From: Lingula anatina
Lineage: Eukaryota > Animalia > Brachiopoda
DNA length: 64,000 bases
Direction: 5' to 3'
Assembly: GCA_051362555.1 (NCBI GenBank)
Contig: CM120640.1
Location: forward strand, 61,668,788-61,732,787
Every line of letters starts with the position of its first letter. Positions within the stretch are counted from its first letter, which is position 1. Shown one piece after another: positions 1 to 13,736 of this stretch. The notes under the pieces were generated by a model that was not told where the DNA came from, made no database searches, and worked only from the letters and a program-made list of their open reading frames with translations. The position numbers were made by a program, and so were the translations under genes.

Positions 1-444
1 GAGATAGTTATCTTTTTATCTAAAGACACCTTAAGATCTTTAGAGGTGTGAAAAAATTGCTGGTAAAGTACAAGTTCTCTTAAGGCATTACTTGGTATAT
101 GTTTATCAATTACTTTCAAGACTGCAGTGAATCATATCTGAATTCATAAAATATCCATTTCATGTGTTTGAATTTGAAACAAACATTGTTTTCCCCCTTT
201 TGTGTTGTAATATTACCAAATTTTTAATAAGTAAAGCTAGAGAAAAAAGCTTTGATAAATTTAAATTTGTATGGGGATTCTAGGAAGACCCACTTCTATT
301 TATGATAGTTTTAAAACATGGGATTTTAAAACTAGTTTTATTTTTTCATTTTTTAAAGTTTTATTTATTTCATATTTTAATGAACTGAGGATTTTTTATA
401 TCAAAATAATTTTTCCGAATTTATTAATTAATCTTCTGCTGCAG

Positions 445-3400
445 AGGAGACTCTTGGAAGGCAGCAAGGCAAATCAGGGATTATATGCACCAGCACAATA
501 TTCCACAACGAGAAGTGGTTGATGCCACAGGATTGAACCAAAGTCATTTATCACAGCACTTGAACAAAGGTACTCCCATGAAAGCTGATAAAAGGCTGGC
601 CCTTTATCAGTGGTTTGAGGACAAGAAAAAAGAAATCACTTCAAGTAAGTAAGGTCAACAATCATAGTGCAGATACAATTTGATGCTTATCTTATGTTCT
701 TGGAATACAGCATGGGCGATTTTAGATTTCTATATTAAAGAAATACTTTTTAATCTTTTAAACACTTAAGTCTGGCACTTGGGAGTAAAGTTTAGAAAAT
801 GAATGTCACATAAGTTCTACATCAATAAAATTTTGTAAATCTTCCATCAGCATTGTTAAAATTATGCCCATAAAGTAAGAAATTACCTAAATGTTGTGTC
901 CAGTCACAGGTAAGATCAAGCAGGTGTGGGAGTATTTGCCTTTATATTTATAATTAAAGACTAGGACCCATTAACTTGTTTACTAGGTCCTAGTTAAAGA
1001 AGCTTATGAGAGTAAAACTGTTTTTACAGAATTTCAGTGTGTATCAAATCATGAAGAGCAGGATGCAGAATACTATGCTTGTAGCCCTAGCAAAAAAAGT
1101 AAAAGGAACCGCTTCAAATGGGGCCCTGCTTCTCTGGAGATTCTGCAACAAGCATATTGTCGTAACAGAAATCCAACAAAAGATGAGAGGGAAGAACTTG
1201 TGGCTGAGTGCAATAAGTATGTAAAAAATTAGTAACCAGAGTATTGCATTATTCTTATACATTGAATTAAGATAGATTAATAATGCATACTCATCAGCTA
1301 GATTGATTTAGAAAATATTCTGTTGAGATGCACTTTTTAGAGTTACTTTTAGATACTTGTGATCAGAGCAACAGCACTTGAGGTGAAAAAGTGGGTGCTT
1401 AGTATTTGTGATTACTGATAAAATAGATGTTTTAGGACATTTGTGCATATTTAGTACTACCAGTAATTTAAGAACTACTTAGAATAGTATTAATATAGGC
1501 CCTAGCTTAGCCAGCATTATCAAAGGGGGAGGGTCTTTTTCAGAAATAGTGGACCTTTTGCCATAGAACCTTCAGGCCCCTAGATCAAGTTTTACCAAGA
1601 GTGAACCTTTTTCCAGCAAAAAGGGCAGTTTCCTTGAATCCCCTCAACCCCCCCCCCCTCCAGCTATGGGCCTGTAGTAATCGCTATTTTTTTTTTCAAG
1701 GGCTGAGTGTATACAGCGTGGAGTTGAACCCACCCAATCAGCAGGACTGGGGGACAACTTGGTGACAGAAGTACGAGTTTATAACTGGTTTGCCAATAGA
1801 CGGAAGGAAGAGGCCTTCAAATATAAAATGCATTCACAAAACATTGAGCCTAGTTATCAGGAGGTCCATGCTAAGGCCCAAGGTTGGATTATTTGTAGAT
1901 ACTTTTCCTACTAATGGCTGCTGACTACAGATGTTAGCAGACTTTTTGAAAATAGCTATATAGTTACTTACTCAGGTGTGTGTGTTATCTGCAAGCTGAG
2001 GTAATATTTCAAGTCTCTGTAAACTCTGAATGTGTAGCACTTGTACTGTTTAAATATATCAATATATGTAGGGTTTAATATATAAAACTCTGTTTGATTA
2101 CAGTCCATTTATAAAAGTGTATTTAAATTTATATTGTTAATATTTCAGATCCAGCAGATGCCTCATATATGGAGCCCCATCATACTGGTTCCATGACAGA
2201 AATGCTGGAGTCCTCTGACATAGAATCTTCTGATTTCAACATGCCTGCCAATACTCATATAAATACAGGTGAAAATAAGTCTGGTTTAAATTTATTTATT
2301 ATTGAGATGTATTAACAGCATTAGCTTAATTGTACCTTAAAGAAAGGATACATAGAGATTTAATCATGGAGGTGAATGCTGTCAGTGTAAAATGCATCTA
2401 CCGTCCTTAAATATTAGTGAAATGTTTTGGCTAGAAAACAAATGTTCCTTTTTGTCTAGGTTACCAGAGACAGGATGCTCTCAGACATGCAACTCCTGGT
2501 GGTGCTTCTTCTCTAGTCAGCTCAGGGAAACCACAGTCCCAGGGCTCTTCAAAAGTGAGTTAAGTTTACTTATTATATTGGTTGCGGTGAGTGATTAGTG
2601 TTGTCCATCCTAATATTATTTTTATGCTTCTTTTATTGTTATGCTCTTCTGACAGGGGCTTTTTCTATCTCATGTCGACTAACAGGCAGTGTCAAATAGA
2701 ATTTGAACCTCTAATATATACTGGTATGATTATCATTTTTTCATGTTTTTAAGCTCCAAAACATGGGTGCAGTAGACACCATTATCTCTTCACATTCTCC
2801 ACACCAGTCACATGGTTTGACCAGGTCTACACCTGTACAAGGGCAAGGTCAGAATCAAGGTCAAGAACAAGGCCAAGACCTGCCTGAGTATAACCAAGGA
2901 CAGATGTATCAAGGACTGGGAGTTTTTTCAACTGCTTTAGGTAATTTGCTGTAAAAATTTGAAATAATGTTAAGTTGAAATAATGTTTAACCCATCTAGA
3001 GGTAAGTAGGTCTAAGAACTAAATTATGTCTTTTTTCCCACTTCACTAAAATGATGAATTATCTAGTTCATTAGTTGCAATAACCACTGCTTTTCCCATC
3101 ACATTGTATCCCATATAATAAAAATGCTTACTTCGTATGTTTGCTTTTTAAAAGATGTTCCCCATCCCCACCTGTACATCCAACTAGGAACTCCTCTTCT
3201 CACAAGCAATATTAATTTCTGGCAGAAAGTATTAGCTTCATGACCATTGTGGTCTATACCTTATGTTGACAACCTTCACAACCACCTTCCATTCCTTTTC
3301 ATACAAGGCGGTATGTCTCCTCTCCCTAGTCTCTTTTCCAACCCGTCAACATCTTTTTTGCAAGACCTGGACTCTAGGACACCAGGTAATGAAGGAAATT

Positions 3401-3741
3401 TCAGTCTGCTGATAATAAGTATATGCTATTGTGAAACATTTTGAAATGCAAACACAAAGTTGGTGCTTTGTCTGTATCCTCATGTGTTATTAATAGAGAA
3501 AAGAATAAGGATATATTCCTCATGTTACACACCACAGTTTTCTCTTTCCTTAAATTGAAACCAATGTTATATTCATTAGTCTTTCTTTGGATCATTTTCC
3601 ATTCTGTTTCCAGTGACTTTCAACCAGTTTCCATCGGTTTACCAACAGAACCCGCAGTATCACATGATGCAACAGTCTGGACAAACAAGTTGGAACAAAT
3701 ATCAGGATTCACAATTCACCACATTTGATGGCAAGTGTTGA
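445..3741 (+). CDS. HNF1: Hepatocyte nuclear factor 1 (HNF1-class homeobox) gene, 5'-truncated by the window edge
   Basis: GT-AG exons at about 445-644, 1030-1216, 1701-1882, 2149-2268, 2460-2554, 2754-2940, 3308-3385 and 3614-3741 join in frame. They give the POU-like '[35 protein letters not shown]' and the atypical homeodomain '[73 protein letters not shown]', both diagnostic of HNF1. The C-terminal exons are less certain. Confidence 0.93.
954..1000. mobile_element. Ultra-short (33 bp) inverted-repeat insertion with 7-bp direct repeats
   Basis: TTAAAGA|CTAGGACC...GGTCCTAG|TTAAAGA in an HNF1 intron. Confidence 0.6.
1496..1674. mobile_element. MITE-like non-autonomous DNA transposon
   Basis: GC-richer intronic island with imperfect inverted ends (TAGGCCCTAGC ... 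GCTATGGGCCTG) and complementary G and C runs. Confidence 0.45.
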
Positions 3742-6173
3742 TCAATCCATTGCAGTGAATAAGCTAACAGTGTCTTGATTACGTTTAGTGTTTTTCCTGA
3801 AATGTGTACATTGCTGAGTAATTAATGATACATCTTTATATTTTGGTTCCTGCTTCTTTCTCATAGTATTTTTATGTAATTAACAACTGAAGAAATTACT
3901 GTGATTATGTGCTGTGATTATTTCCAGGGTACCCCACTGAATCAGAAGGTCAGAATCACCCCCCAATTTCAAACTACAATAGACAGCTAGCTTCCACCAG
4001 AACTGATGTCAGCCATTGAACAAATTCAGGTTTTTTTCACTTGTCCCAAACAAGTCATAAGTCCCAAAAGGTTTATTTTGTATTTGAAAATGATTTGACT
4101 GCATATATGATTTTGTGAAAGTATAATTCTATAGATTAGTCAGAGGCAGATTCACCAAGTGGCAATTTTTAAACAGGTCATTACCTACAGGCCCTCACAG
4201 TGTTGCCTTTAAAACATTTCTTTTGTCTCCTTACTAGCTAAATTCTGGTCCTTATATTAGTTTCTAAAGACACAGTAAATGTAGTAGACAGGACAGTCTC
4301 AGTTTGGTTTACATTCAGAATATGCAGTCTGGTGCACATTCCAAGTGTTACTTTACATGATATCAGCCAGTTTTCAAATTGTAGATTAAAGTTGCCTTAT
4401 GGGTGAGTGTATATAATTTAAACTTGCTCCTTAGACCAGTGATAATTACCTTGGAGACTGAACAAAGATCGTTCTGGAACCTCAGATCTAACTTTCATCA
4501 ATGTTTTTTTTAGATGGCACAAGGAAATGTTCACTTTAATGATCTGATGTAGTTAGTTTTGGGGATTTTTAGGGATATGTATGTTAAAAATTTGGTATCA
4601 TATAGTTAAGAGTATGTTTATAATTTATGATACAATTTATAAGGTAAATTCTCCAAAGACATACATTAAATGTATGCACTTGTACTCAAAGCACTTGTTT
4701 TCATGTTTAAAATTAATATTTTCAGAAGAGTAGAGTATCCAAAAACCGGTTGTTGTTGTTTCATTCATATATTTGGGATCAAAAGGTGATCTTTTTAAAT
4801 GTCCATTGTTAATAATTGACAAATAGATTATATTTTTATAACCAGCATGAGATTATTTAACAGTCATCAGTAATTTTATTTTTACAAAATTTCTTTTCCA
4901 ATTTGTATGTGGATTTAAATAATTGTTTTTGAATTGATTTTGCAGTGGAATATCAGGGAGCCTCAAATTTTAATACCTGCAAAAGTTGGCCAATTTTTAT
5001 CTCTTTAAGTTCTAAATATGTTTAAAGTCTTGTTCCTTAGCATTCAACATCAAGAAGGATATAGTTAAGTTATATAAATTTTATAGTTTTGAAAACATAA
5101 AATTTAAGAAATCCATACTAGTTGTTGAAAAGTTGAAGTATTTTTGTAAAGTATCTATGATTTCACCAATGAAATCTTAATTTATATCTATTGTTGATTT
5201 TTGTAATTCTTCTGTTAAAATAAACTTTGTTTTTAATTACATGGTTATTATAATATGTGGAGAATCCTGTATATAACTGAAAACATATAAACATCACTGA
5301 GCATTACAATAAAGCATACAAATAAGTTTTATTTATACATGAACAAATGATGAAATTTACAAATGACATGATGATATTCACAGGCTCGTGTACCAAATAT
5401 TGACACTGTACAAATACCAGCGTCAGGTTAAAATATTAAATTAAAAAAAGGAAAGTTCCATTTTCCTTTAAGATCTGTCATCTTGAACAGCAGGTTCTGA
5501 AGAGAATCTTTATATCACTAAAAGTGTGGAATTAAAGAATTAGTATTTTACTTCTTTCTTAACTACTATGCATTTGAAATGTACAAATACTCAGTATAAA
5601 ATTCTTCTTAAAACTGTACTTTCTTCTTCCATACATTTGGCAATAAACTAATTTACTAGAACTAAGGACATTTCAAACGTCATCATCAGAAAATATTGAA
5701 CTGTTATAACTCTTTTAATCGCATTTGCATCACTATAACTTCTCTGTGAGCTGCAAATACTTCTTTGTTACTCTTAATAACGCTCAGAAAATGTTTTTAG
5801 ACAAATATGACCAGAATTGAACAGAAATGTGTGCCCACAAAACAAATGCAGACCACCCCTTCTTAAAAATAGTAACAAATGGCAGAGAAAATGCCAAAAA
5901 CAATTCTTCACTAAATCCACATGATTTTCAACCACATTGTCAGCCTTTCATTTTGTTTTCTGCAACAACAAATCACCCATCAGAAACCTTTTAAGATACA
6001 TTTCATTGATGAGATACCCAATAATTATCTTAAGTGATTACATGTACTTTTCAAATTTACAGAATTGATGGACAGTGGTTTTCAGTCTATGGCTACTACT
6101 ATGAATTGCAAAAGACTGGCAGCGAGAGGGTCACTAAATAGTCAGATAAATGCTGAGGGAAGTAGCTGTTCTG

Positions 6174-9100
6174 TTACGTTGACCGCCTTCTTATTGTGAA
6201 TTTCCCTTTTTGGAGTTGTGAGACATACACTCTGATTTTGCTGTTATCTGTGATTTTTCTAATCCAAACCTAGAAGTAAAAAAACAAGAAAATGCTAGTG
6301 TTCTCTATCATTTTCAATCCAAAGGAAAGCTTACATTTATCTTTGTTTTACATTTTTAATTTCTTGCAAACTGAGTAACCAAGAAGAATAGAACCAAATC
6401 ATCTGCCCTGTTTTTATTTTTTAAATGGGGTATATCTCTTTGTTCCTACAACTTAAAATTTATTGAATCTCATGGTTCAGACAAGTTTAACTCACTTCCT
6501 GTGATCCTACAGAGCTAATAACACCACTGACTCTTCCAGATTCTTTAGATTCGAGATGTACAGGCTGACCTTTATGGAACCTGAAGAATAAGAAAAAAAG
6601 AAAATTTTTTGTTTGATCCATTGTATTCATTATTTATTGACATTAAAAATTAAAGGTATAGAGCCATAATACAGCAATTCCCAATAGCATAAGAAACATA
6701 TTTTTCATCTTTTCATAACCACACAAAAAAGGTAATAAAATAATAAATAAATAAATCGCACAAAAAATTCTGTGGAATAGTCCAATATACATAACCAGTT
6801 GTATAGCTATGAAGTTGTGGAGCCACATTCCTTTGGCCTAACAAAGTCTAATAAAAGGGGAAAAAAGCTTGGAAAAATTGAAAAAGTCGAGTCAATAAGT
6901 AGTCAGCATGGAATCCTGAATACTTGCCTTCAGATAAAATAGGTGGAATAAAAGAACCCCCAATTATAGTTGCAAGGTTTTGACTTCACTGTTATAACTG
7001 AACCCACTCACCATCTTTTATCATAATACAATTTCCCATCATCAATCCTGGCTTCATATGCTGTGTCACAGTTACTACTGCTGTACATCTGCTGTTTCTT
7101 GCTGAGAGGTTTTCCGCTGATTTTACTGATGATCTTCAAATCGTCCATGATATCAGAATCGTCCAATAAAAAGTTAAGCTGATGTGGGTCGAGTTAAAGA
7201 AAAACTTGCTTAAGAAATAAAAGTTGTATGTTTAATAACATCACTAAAATATTCTTCTTTTTCATTTATCAGTTAATTAATTAATCTATTTATACATTCA
7301 AGCATTTGGCTACTCAAGTGGTAGTAAAAATATTACAAACAAGTTAGTGTTATTATTGTTTTCAGATGGCAAAAATTATATGGGATAATTATAAATAATA
7401 AAAAAAGGTAATGAAAATAAACACATTACAAGAGGTTCATCATTATTTGGTCATATAAATTCACATTCCTTACTTCAAAAAGTTAAGATATACACAAAAA
7501 AGGATATTTGGTGAGCTTCTCTTCCTCTTCTCTGGCATGGGGACTGGCTCGTTTGGTCGACGTCTTAGTTTTCTGGTAGTTACTGGTTTTACTTCCATTG
7601 AGTCTGCAAGATACCATAAGCCTGCTACGCATTTATTTAAATCAAATCAACTGACACTGAGAAAATGATTTGCAAAAACAAACAATTGCACAGACACTTA
7701 ATGCAACTTGTATATTTTCCTATCATAGTCTCTTGTAGTAGATGAAAATTTATTTAAATCTTTATCTGAAGTATTGTCCCCTTATTACTAACTGCATATC
7801 AAAGAAAAACATGATCTATCAACAATATACAGTAAACAAGTGTCACATGCTGCATTTATAATGATGTGATAAATGTGATAAAACCTCACTATGATATATA
7901 CGACAAACTTTCTCTCTAAATTGAAACCACATGTACTTTTACTGTTCAACCAACCTCCTGTTAACTCCATTGTCATCTTTTCATTTTCAATCATCCTTTT
8001 CTTATCCTCTAATTCTGCTATAAGATTTTCCTTTAGTTCCACTTTCTTTTGCTGAAAAGAATACTGGAAATGGTTTAGAATATTTTTTCAAATCAAGGGG
8101 TTTGTACACATCTTTGATACTAAGAGATATCATTTGCAGATGAAAAAACAACAACATCACATTCTATTTCCTTTCCTTTTTTGAAACTGAGCGCAAACAT
8201 AATATTATGTAACTTTTTATCTTACTCACATTTACAGAAATTGTACCAAAGGTTTTTGAAAAGATGTAAAATACTTAAACATTAACCTTCCATTTAAGTA
8301 AAAAAGAAATTTAAACCATTTCTTATTATCACCGAAGGAAATGCTTTAACTCATAACCATACAAAAAATAATCTAACACCTAACAGACCTTGTGGAGCCT
8401 CATCAACAGATCTAAGAAATCCATAATTTTTCCTCTTCAAACCCAAACAAATACCATGACAATGAAAAGAAATGTGCACCTATCAATGCTAATTAATTAC
8501 TGGTGAAATGGTTTTTCAATTCTGCACTCCCCGGAGACACATTCTTACCTCAAACTCATCCACAGAAGCCTTTTTCTCAGCAACAAACAGCTTCTCTACA
8601 TGATCGGCCTGTATAAAATAAAATATCAACATGTTAAATCAAAGCATATATAAAATTTATGAGCAACATCAGAGAAAGAATTTAAGGTTCATACCAGAAA
8701 AAAAATCCAAAGTTGATAAGGGAGCAAAACAGACTAAGAAAAACATAATACCACAAAGAACTGAAAAACAATCATGATTTATACTGACAAGTTATACATT
8801 TTTCTCTTTATGATGACCAATCAAATTTATTACCAATAATAATAATAAAGTGCATAAACAGAAGAAAAACTTCAAATGATTCAATCATTGCTTTGCTAAA
8901 CTTATAGGTTCATGCTTACATAAAAAATGTGTCAGGTGCCATGATAATTTACTTTAAAATTTTACCGATTAATCTTTGTTTTGACTGAAGATCCTGATTT
9001 AGCAATCTTTCAGCTATTAAGCTATCACAATTTTATGCTAATGTCTGCAGCATTTGCATTTGCTAACTTTTTTACTATGATAAAATGAATAAAGCATCTG

Positions 9101-10263
9101 TACAACTTCAGTTCCTCTCACCTGATACTGGTACCACACTTCATTAACTCTAACTCTCTCCTTATACTGCTGTTCTAGCTTTTTCAATCTTTTTAAATAC
9201 TCTGGCAAAGTTCCTTCTTCTAGCTGCTGTAGTTGCTTTTTTAACTGGGCAAGCTTGTCCTTGTACATTCTAAAAGACAGGAAAAGTTAACATTCATAGA
9301 CAGTCCACAGCTACACACTAGTCTAGTCATCTAAAATGATATCTAGAAGAGACAATACCAAAAATTTTAAAAAATCAGTTTTGAAATAAAGTACATAATT
9401 GAAGAGCAATCACATTCTCAAAAGGCATAGGGTCCTGAAAGACCCACATGAATGGTAAGATAGGGGATTCTATTCAGTTGACTTCACCCAACTGAATGTT
9501 ACGAGTTACAAAAACAAATTTTAAGTTCCATACTGTTCTTTTATCTCAGTGTATTCTTCCTCCTTCTTCATCATATCTGTTTCACTGGCATCTTCAGTGT
9601 CTGGAATTGTTACAATTGAACATTAAAAATTCAATACATTCAAAATCCAAAAAATGATTTACATATAATAACATTTTGGTTATAAACAATCTACATGTTC
9701 TTTTTCTAACTAATACTCACAAGAGGAAATTACATCACCTTCAGATGTATCAAATCTTATCAAAACTACGATGCAATCATTTTAAACCAAAATGCATCGG
9801 CAACCTAGTACAAAGCGCTGGGTTTATAATTACTTTACATTGCATACGCATCAAGACATGAATTATGATGTTCTGATATCGAATGGCAATTTACAAAGTT
9901 ACTGCAAGTGTTTACCGAATGGGATGGAAGATGCAGGGATTCAGAGGGTAGAGTTTGGTGTACACTATACAGATACCAAAAAGGTAGCAGTCCTCCATTC
10001 TGAACATATAATATCGATTATATATTTAGACTTTAAAGTTTTAAAAGTAAGGTTTATCTCAATAAAGTGTTTCAAACCGGTGCGGTAGGGACACAAGTCA
10101 GTTAAGAAGGTCCCGCCGCTTTGAAAAATGTTTGTGTATAAATCCTACCTTCGTCTGAAGCTTGGCCATAATAATCGCGGTCATCTTCGTATTCAAAGCT
10201 ATCGTTATCAGCAAAATCGTACTCATCATACGCCCTCGGAGAGGACGAAAAACTCGACGCCAT
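6174..10263 (-). CDS. SUDS3: Sin3 histone deacetylase corepressor complex component SDS3
   Basis: Nine exons at about 10263-10148, 9601-9534, 9269-9122, 8609-8548, 8052-7957, 7604-7508, 7183-7011, 6580-6496 and 6269-6174. Translation includes '[39 protein letters not shown]', '[48 protein letters not shown]', '[20 protein letters not shown]' and ends '[14 protein letters not shown]'. Confidence 0.95.
7184..7507 (-). other. U12-type AT-AC intron in SUDS3
   Basis: On the minus strand the 5' splice site is ATATCCTTT, the branch site TCTTTAAC lies 9 nt before a terminal AC, and splicing restores the frame '[16 protein letters not shown]'. Confidence 0.9.
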
Positions 10264-10598
10264 GTCTCTGTTGTTTTTTCTGTCGATGCGGCTTCTCCGG
10301 AAGTTGAAGTGTGATAAAAATAACTTCCGGAAATGCGGCTTTACTCTCGTGCATGCAGGTTTCTAAGTTCAAGTATGCCTAATGGCTGTATGTTTTCGCT
10401 TAACATTTTGTAAAATGACTTATATTCAGTATTCTAATGAAATAAGATCATTTGACATCATTTTAAGGACTGAAAACAATGACATGATCTCTTTAACTTC
10501 CGTCAACACGCGCATGCGTACAACGCTGACGTGTAAGCTCGTGTTCTGCTGTGATATATTTGTTTCTTTTTCAGCAGACGTTTGTTAAATATTGCACC
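10264..10598. promoter_or_regulatory. Bidirectional promoter between SUDS3 and Derlin
   Basis: 335 bp between divergent ATGs and CpG-richer than the flanks. ETS/GABP-type CCGGAAGT at 10297 and ACTTCCGG at 10323, NRF1-like GCGCATGCGT at 10510, CRE half-site TGACGT at 10527. Confidence 0.7.
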
Positions 10599-13500
10599 AT
10601 GGCGTATCAAACTTTTCAACAGGAGTACATGCAAATGCCTGTTATTACGCGCGCATATACAACTTCTTGTGTCCTAACGACTTTAGCTGTGGTAAGTAAG
10701 ACCCCATTCCCAGAGGTTAGATCGATCCAACTAGATCGAACTAACTCCCTGGGGGTTCACGCTAAATAGCTGTCAGCCGAGCGGGCACGAAAGTTTATTA
10801 CCCCTTTACAGCTTGTAGTAGGCAGGACGGACATTTAAGCCGGATTATCTGACAGTAATCTAGTGAGACTCCCCACGGGGATAGATCGATCTAAAATCTA
10901 TGGGAATACGTTCTTTCTCGGTCGCCCTCATTCTACTGTAAATTCGTTCACTCCGTCCAGTCTTGATCACAAGTGACGCTTGCTTCACCATCCCTTCCAA
11001 ATACCAGCACCCACTGCCAATGTCAATATGGAGTGTATGCACTTCTCACTTAATGACTTTTGTCAGAGGAAATATGAAATGCATAAAGGTACAGTACAGT
11101 ATTATATCAGTGGTATATCTAAACTTGTCAATGAGAAATACTGCCTTTAAAATAAAAATGCTGAAGACATCTATATGTGGGATGTGGAAGTCTAAATGTA
11201 GTTTGACTTTCGAATAAATTGCTCCTCATGTTAGTTATTCCTCTTTTATACAGAGTTTGTACTGCATCTATGTAGGTATTTTTGATTTATACGCAGCAGG
11301 TCATGTAGACTGACAGAGGTTATAAGCCTAATGGTTTCATTAATTGGTCTATCAGAATATGTTTAATTATTTGGTCTATCAGAATATTAGAATAATTCTA
11401 AACAATATGAAAGTTGTTTGTTCCTCCTTGTACTTGTAAAATGTACTATTACTGTACTAGTACATGTACCATATTCATATTGTTTAGAATTATTACCATT
11501 TATTTGTGTTCTACTTAAGATACTAATGTTTGTTTTATAGAATATTGCTCATAATTATGGTGGACAGATCCTACCAACATGTCAGTAGAATTAAAGTGTT
11601 TCATTCTGTGAAGTATTTTTTTTATGCAATTCATCAATGTTTTTTGTCCCAAAAAGACGAACATATTTGCCTCTTTATGGTATTGATTAATTCCCTTCCA
11701 GCAATTAGAAATCCTAACACCATTCCAGTTATACTTCAATCCATCTTTAATATTCCGCAATTACCAGGTAAGATGCATGAAAAATTTACCATGAACTAAC
11801 TTAATCACTGTTTATATGTAAACGTCCATAACATAGTGAATAAATGAAACACAAAGATGTTTTTCCAAAGAAATATTTTAATAGGAAGTCAATATTGAGT
11901 TTAAATAGTGAGATTTGTCTTGTATGAAATGATTTATCCTTTATGTGGTCATTTCATTTTGCATTTCAGTTTTGGAGACTAGTTACCAACTTCCTATTCT
12001 TTGGAACAATAGGTTTTAACTTCTTCTTTAACATGATATTTACCTATCGCTACTGCCGGATGTTAGAAGAGGGCTCTTTTAGAGGAAGAACAGCAGACTT
12101 TTTCTTCATGTTTTTATTTGGAGGAACATTAATGACTGTATCCTTTGTTTGAAATTGTTTTTAAAAATTGTAATTATTTAATATTTAATGAAAACAGTCT
12201 GATACCATAAACCTTGATGTTATTTGCAACATACCTAAATCAAGGAAATGATAAAAGTTAAACCATGCCTTTTTCAAAAAAACTTTTCCTTAAAAAAGTA
12301 CAGATAACTGGCTTATTTGTAAACAAGTTGGTCTTTCTAGGGCAAGCCTTCACCATAATGTTGGTGTATATATGGAGCCGACGTAACCCTTATGTGCGCA
12401 TGAACTTTTTTGGTCTGATGACTTTCCAAGCTCCATATCTTCCTTGGGTATTACTTGGCTTCTCCCTTCTCTTAGGGAATTCTATTGTTGTGGATCTCAT
12501 GGGTAAGTTGATTTTAAATTTGATTTGCTATTTGTTATCTTAATATATCACTGTCTGTTTTTGTTTGTTTGATAGATGGATGGATTTACTTTAGTGAATG
12601 CTTTATTCATTGTTTCCTGTATACATTTTTTATGCATACATTCCTTTCAGTATACAAAAAAAAAAAAAAAAAAAAAAAAACACAATAGATGAATATAGCA
12701 GCTTGGTAGAAAATGTGACATAATTTATTGATGCTGTGTTTGCTTCCCTATTTAATGGTCTGGCAGATATCAATTTCAAATTTTTTTCCTACAGGTATTG
12801 CTGTTGGACATGTGTATTATTACCTGGAAGATGTATTTCCAGAACAGCAAGGTGGTTTTAAGATTTTGAGAACACCAAAATTATTGTAAGTAAAATGTCT
12901 TCACTTAACTTTTAAATTGCAATTGGCTGTCAAATCAATCACTTTCACTTTGAAGACTTTTGCTATGAGAATTTTGCAGCTGTAAGATATGCTGTCCTCT
13001 TCTAGCAAAGGACATTTAAATAACAGTTGGATAGCTTGCTGGCTTAACCCTTGTGGCCCCCTCAACATTGAACTGGAAACAAAAAACAACTGACACTGAA
13101 ATTTGACTGCAGTGCTCATGTGACATTTTTGACTAAAATAACATATAAAGTGAGTGTAGATTTCCTGTAATGCATATAAACCAGTTCTTCTAATTTCTTG
13201 TATCACTCAAAGTCGACATGCCAAGGCATGATCCAAGTTAATAAATTGATCAGCCATAAAAGAGCTTTTGACCCCATTTAATAAATTGATCAGCCATAAA
13301 AGAGCTTTTGACCCCATTCCCATAGATTTTAGATCGATCTATCCCTGTGGGGAGTCTCACTAGATTACTGTCAGCTTAGCCAGCTTAAGCATCTGTCCCG
13401 CCTACTAAAAGCTGTAAGGGGGTAATTAAATATGGTGCATGCTCGGCTGACTGCAATTTAGCGTGAGCCCCCAGGGATTTAGGTCGATCTAAATCTATAA

Positions 13501-13677
13501 TCTCTGGATCGATCTAAATCTCTAAATCTAGATCAAGCTGCACCTTCTTGAAATTTCTGGATGTAAACTTAAGTAATCTGTCCCCCAGATTGTGAAAGTT
13601 CACCAAGTGGTGTATGAATCATAAGTGCATTACTGCTGCATGCAGGTATTTAAATAAGCTGTCAAAAACGTATGGGG

Positions 13678-13736
<59 letters not shown>

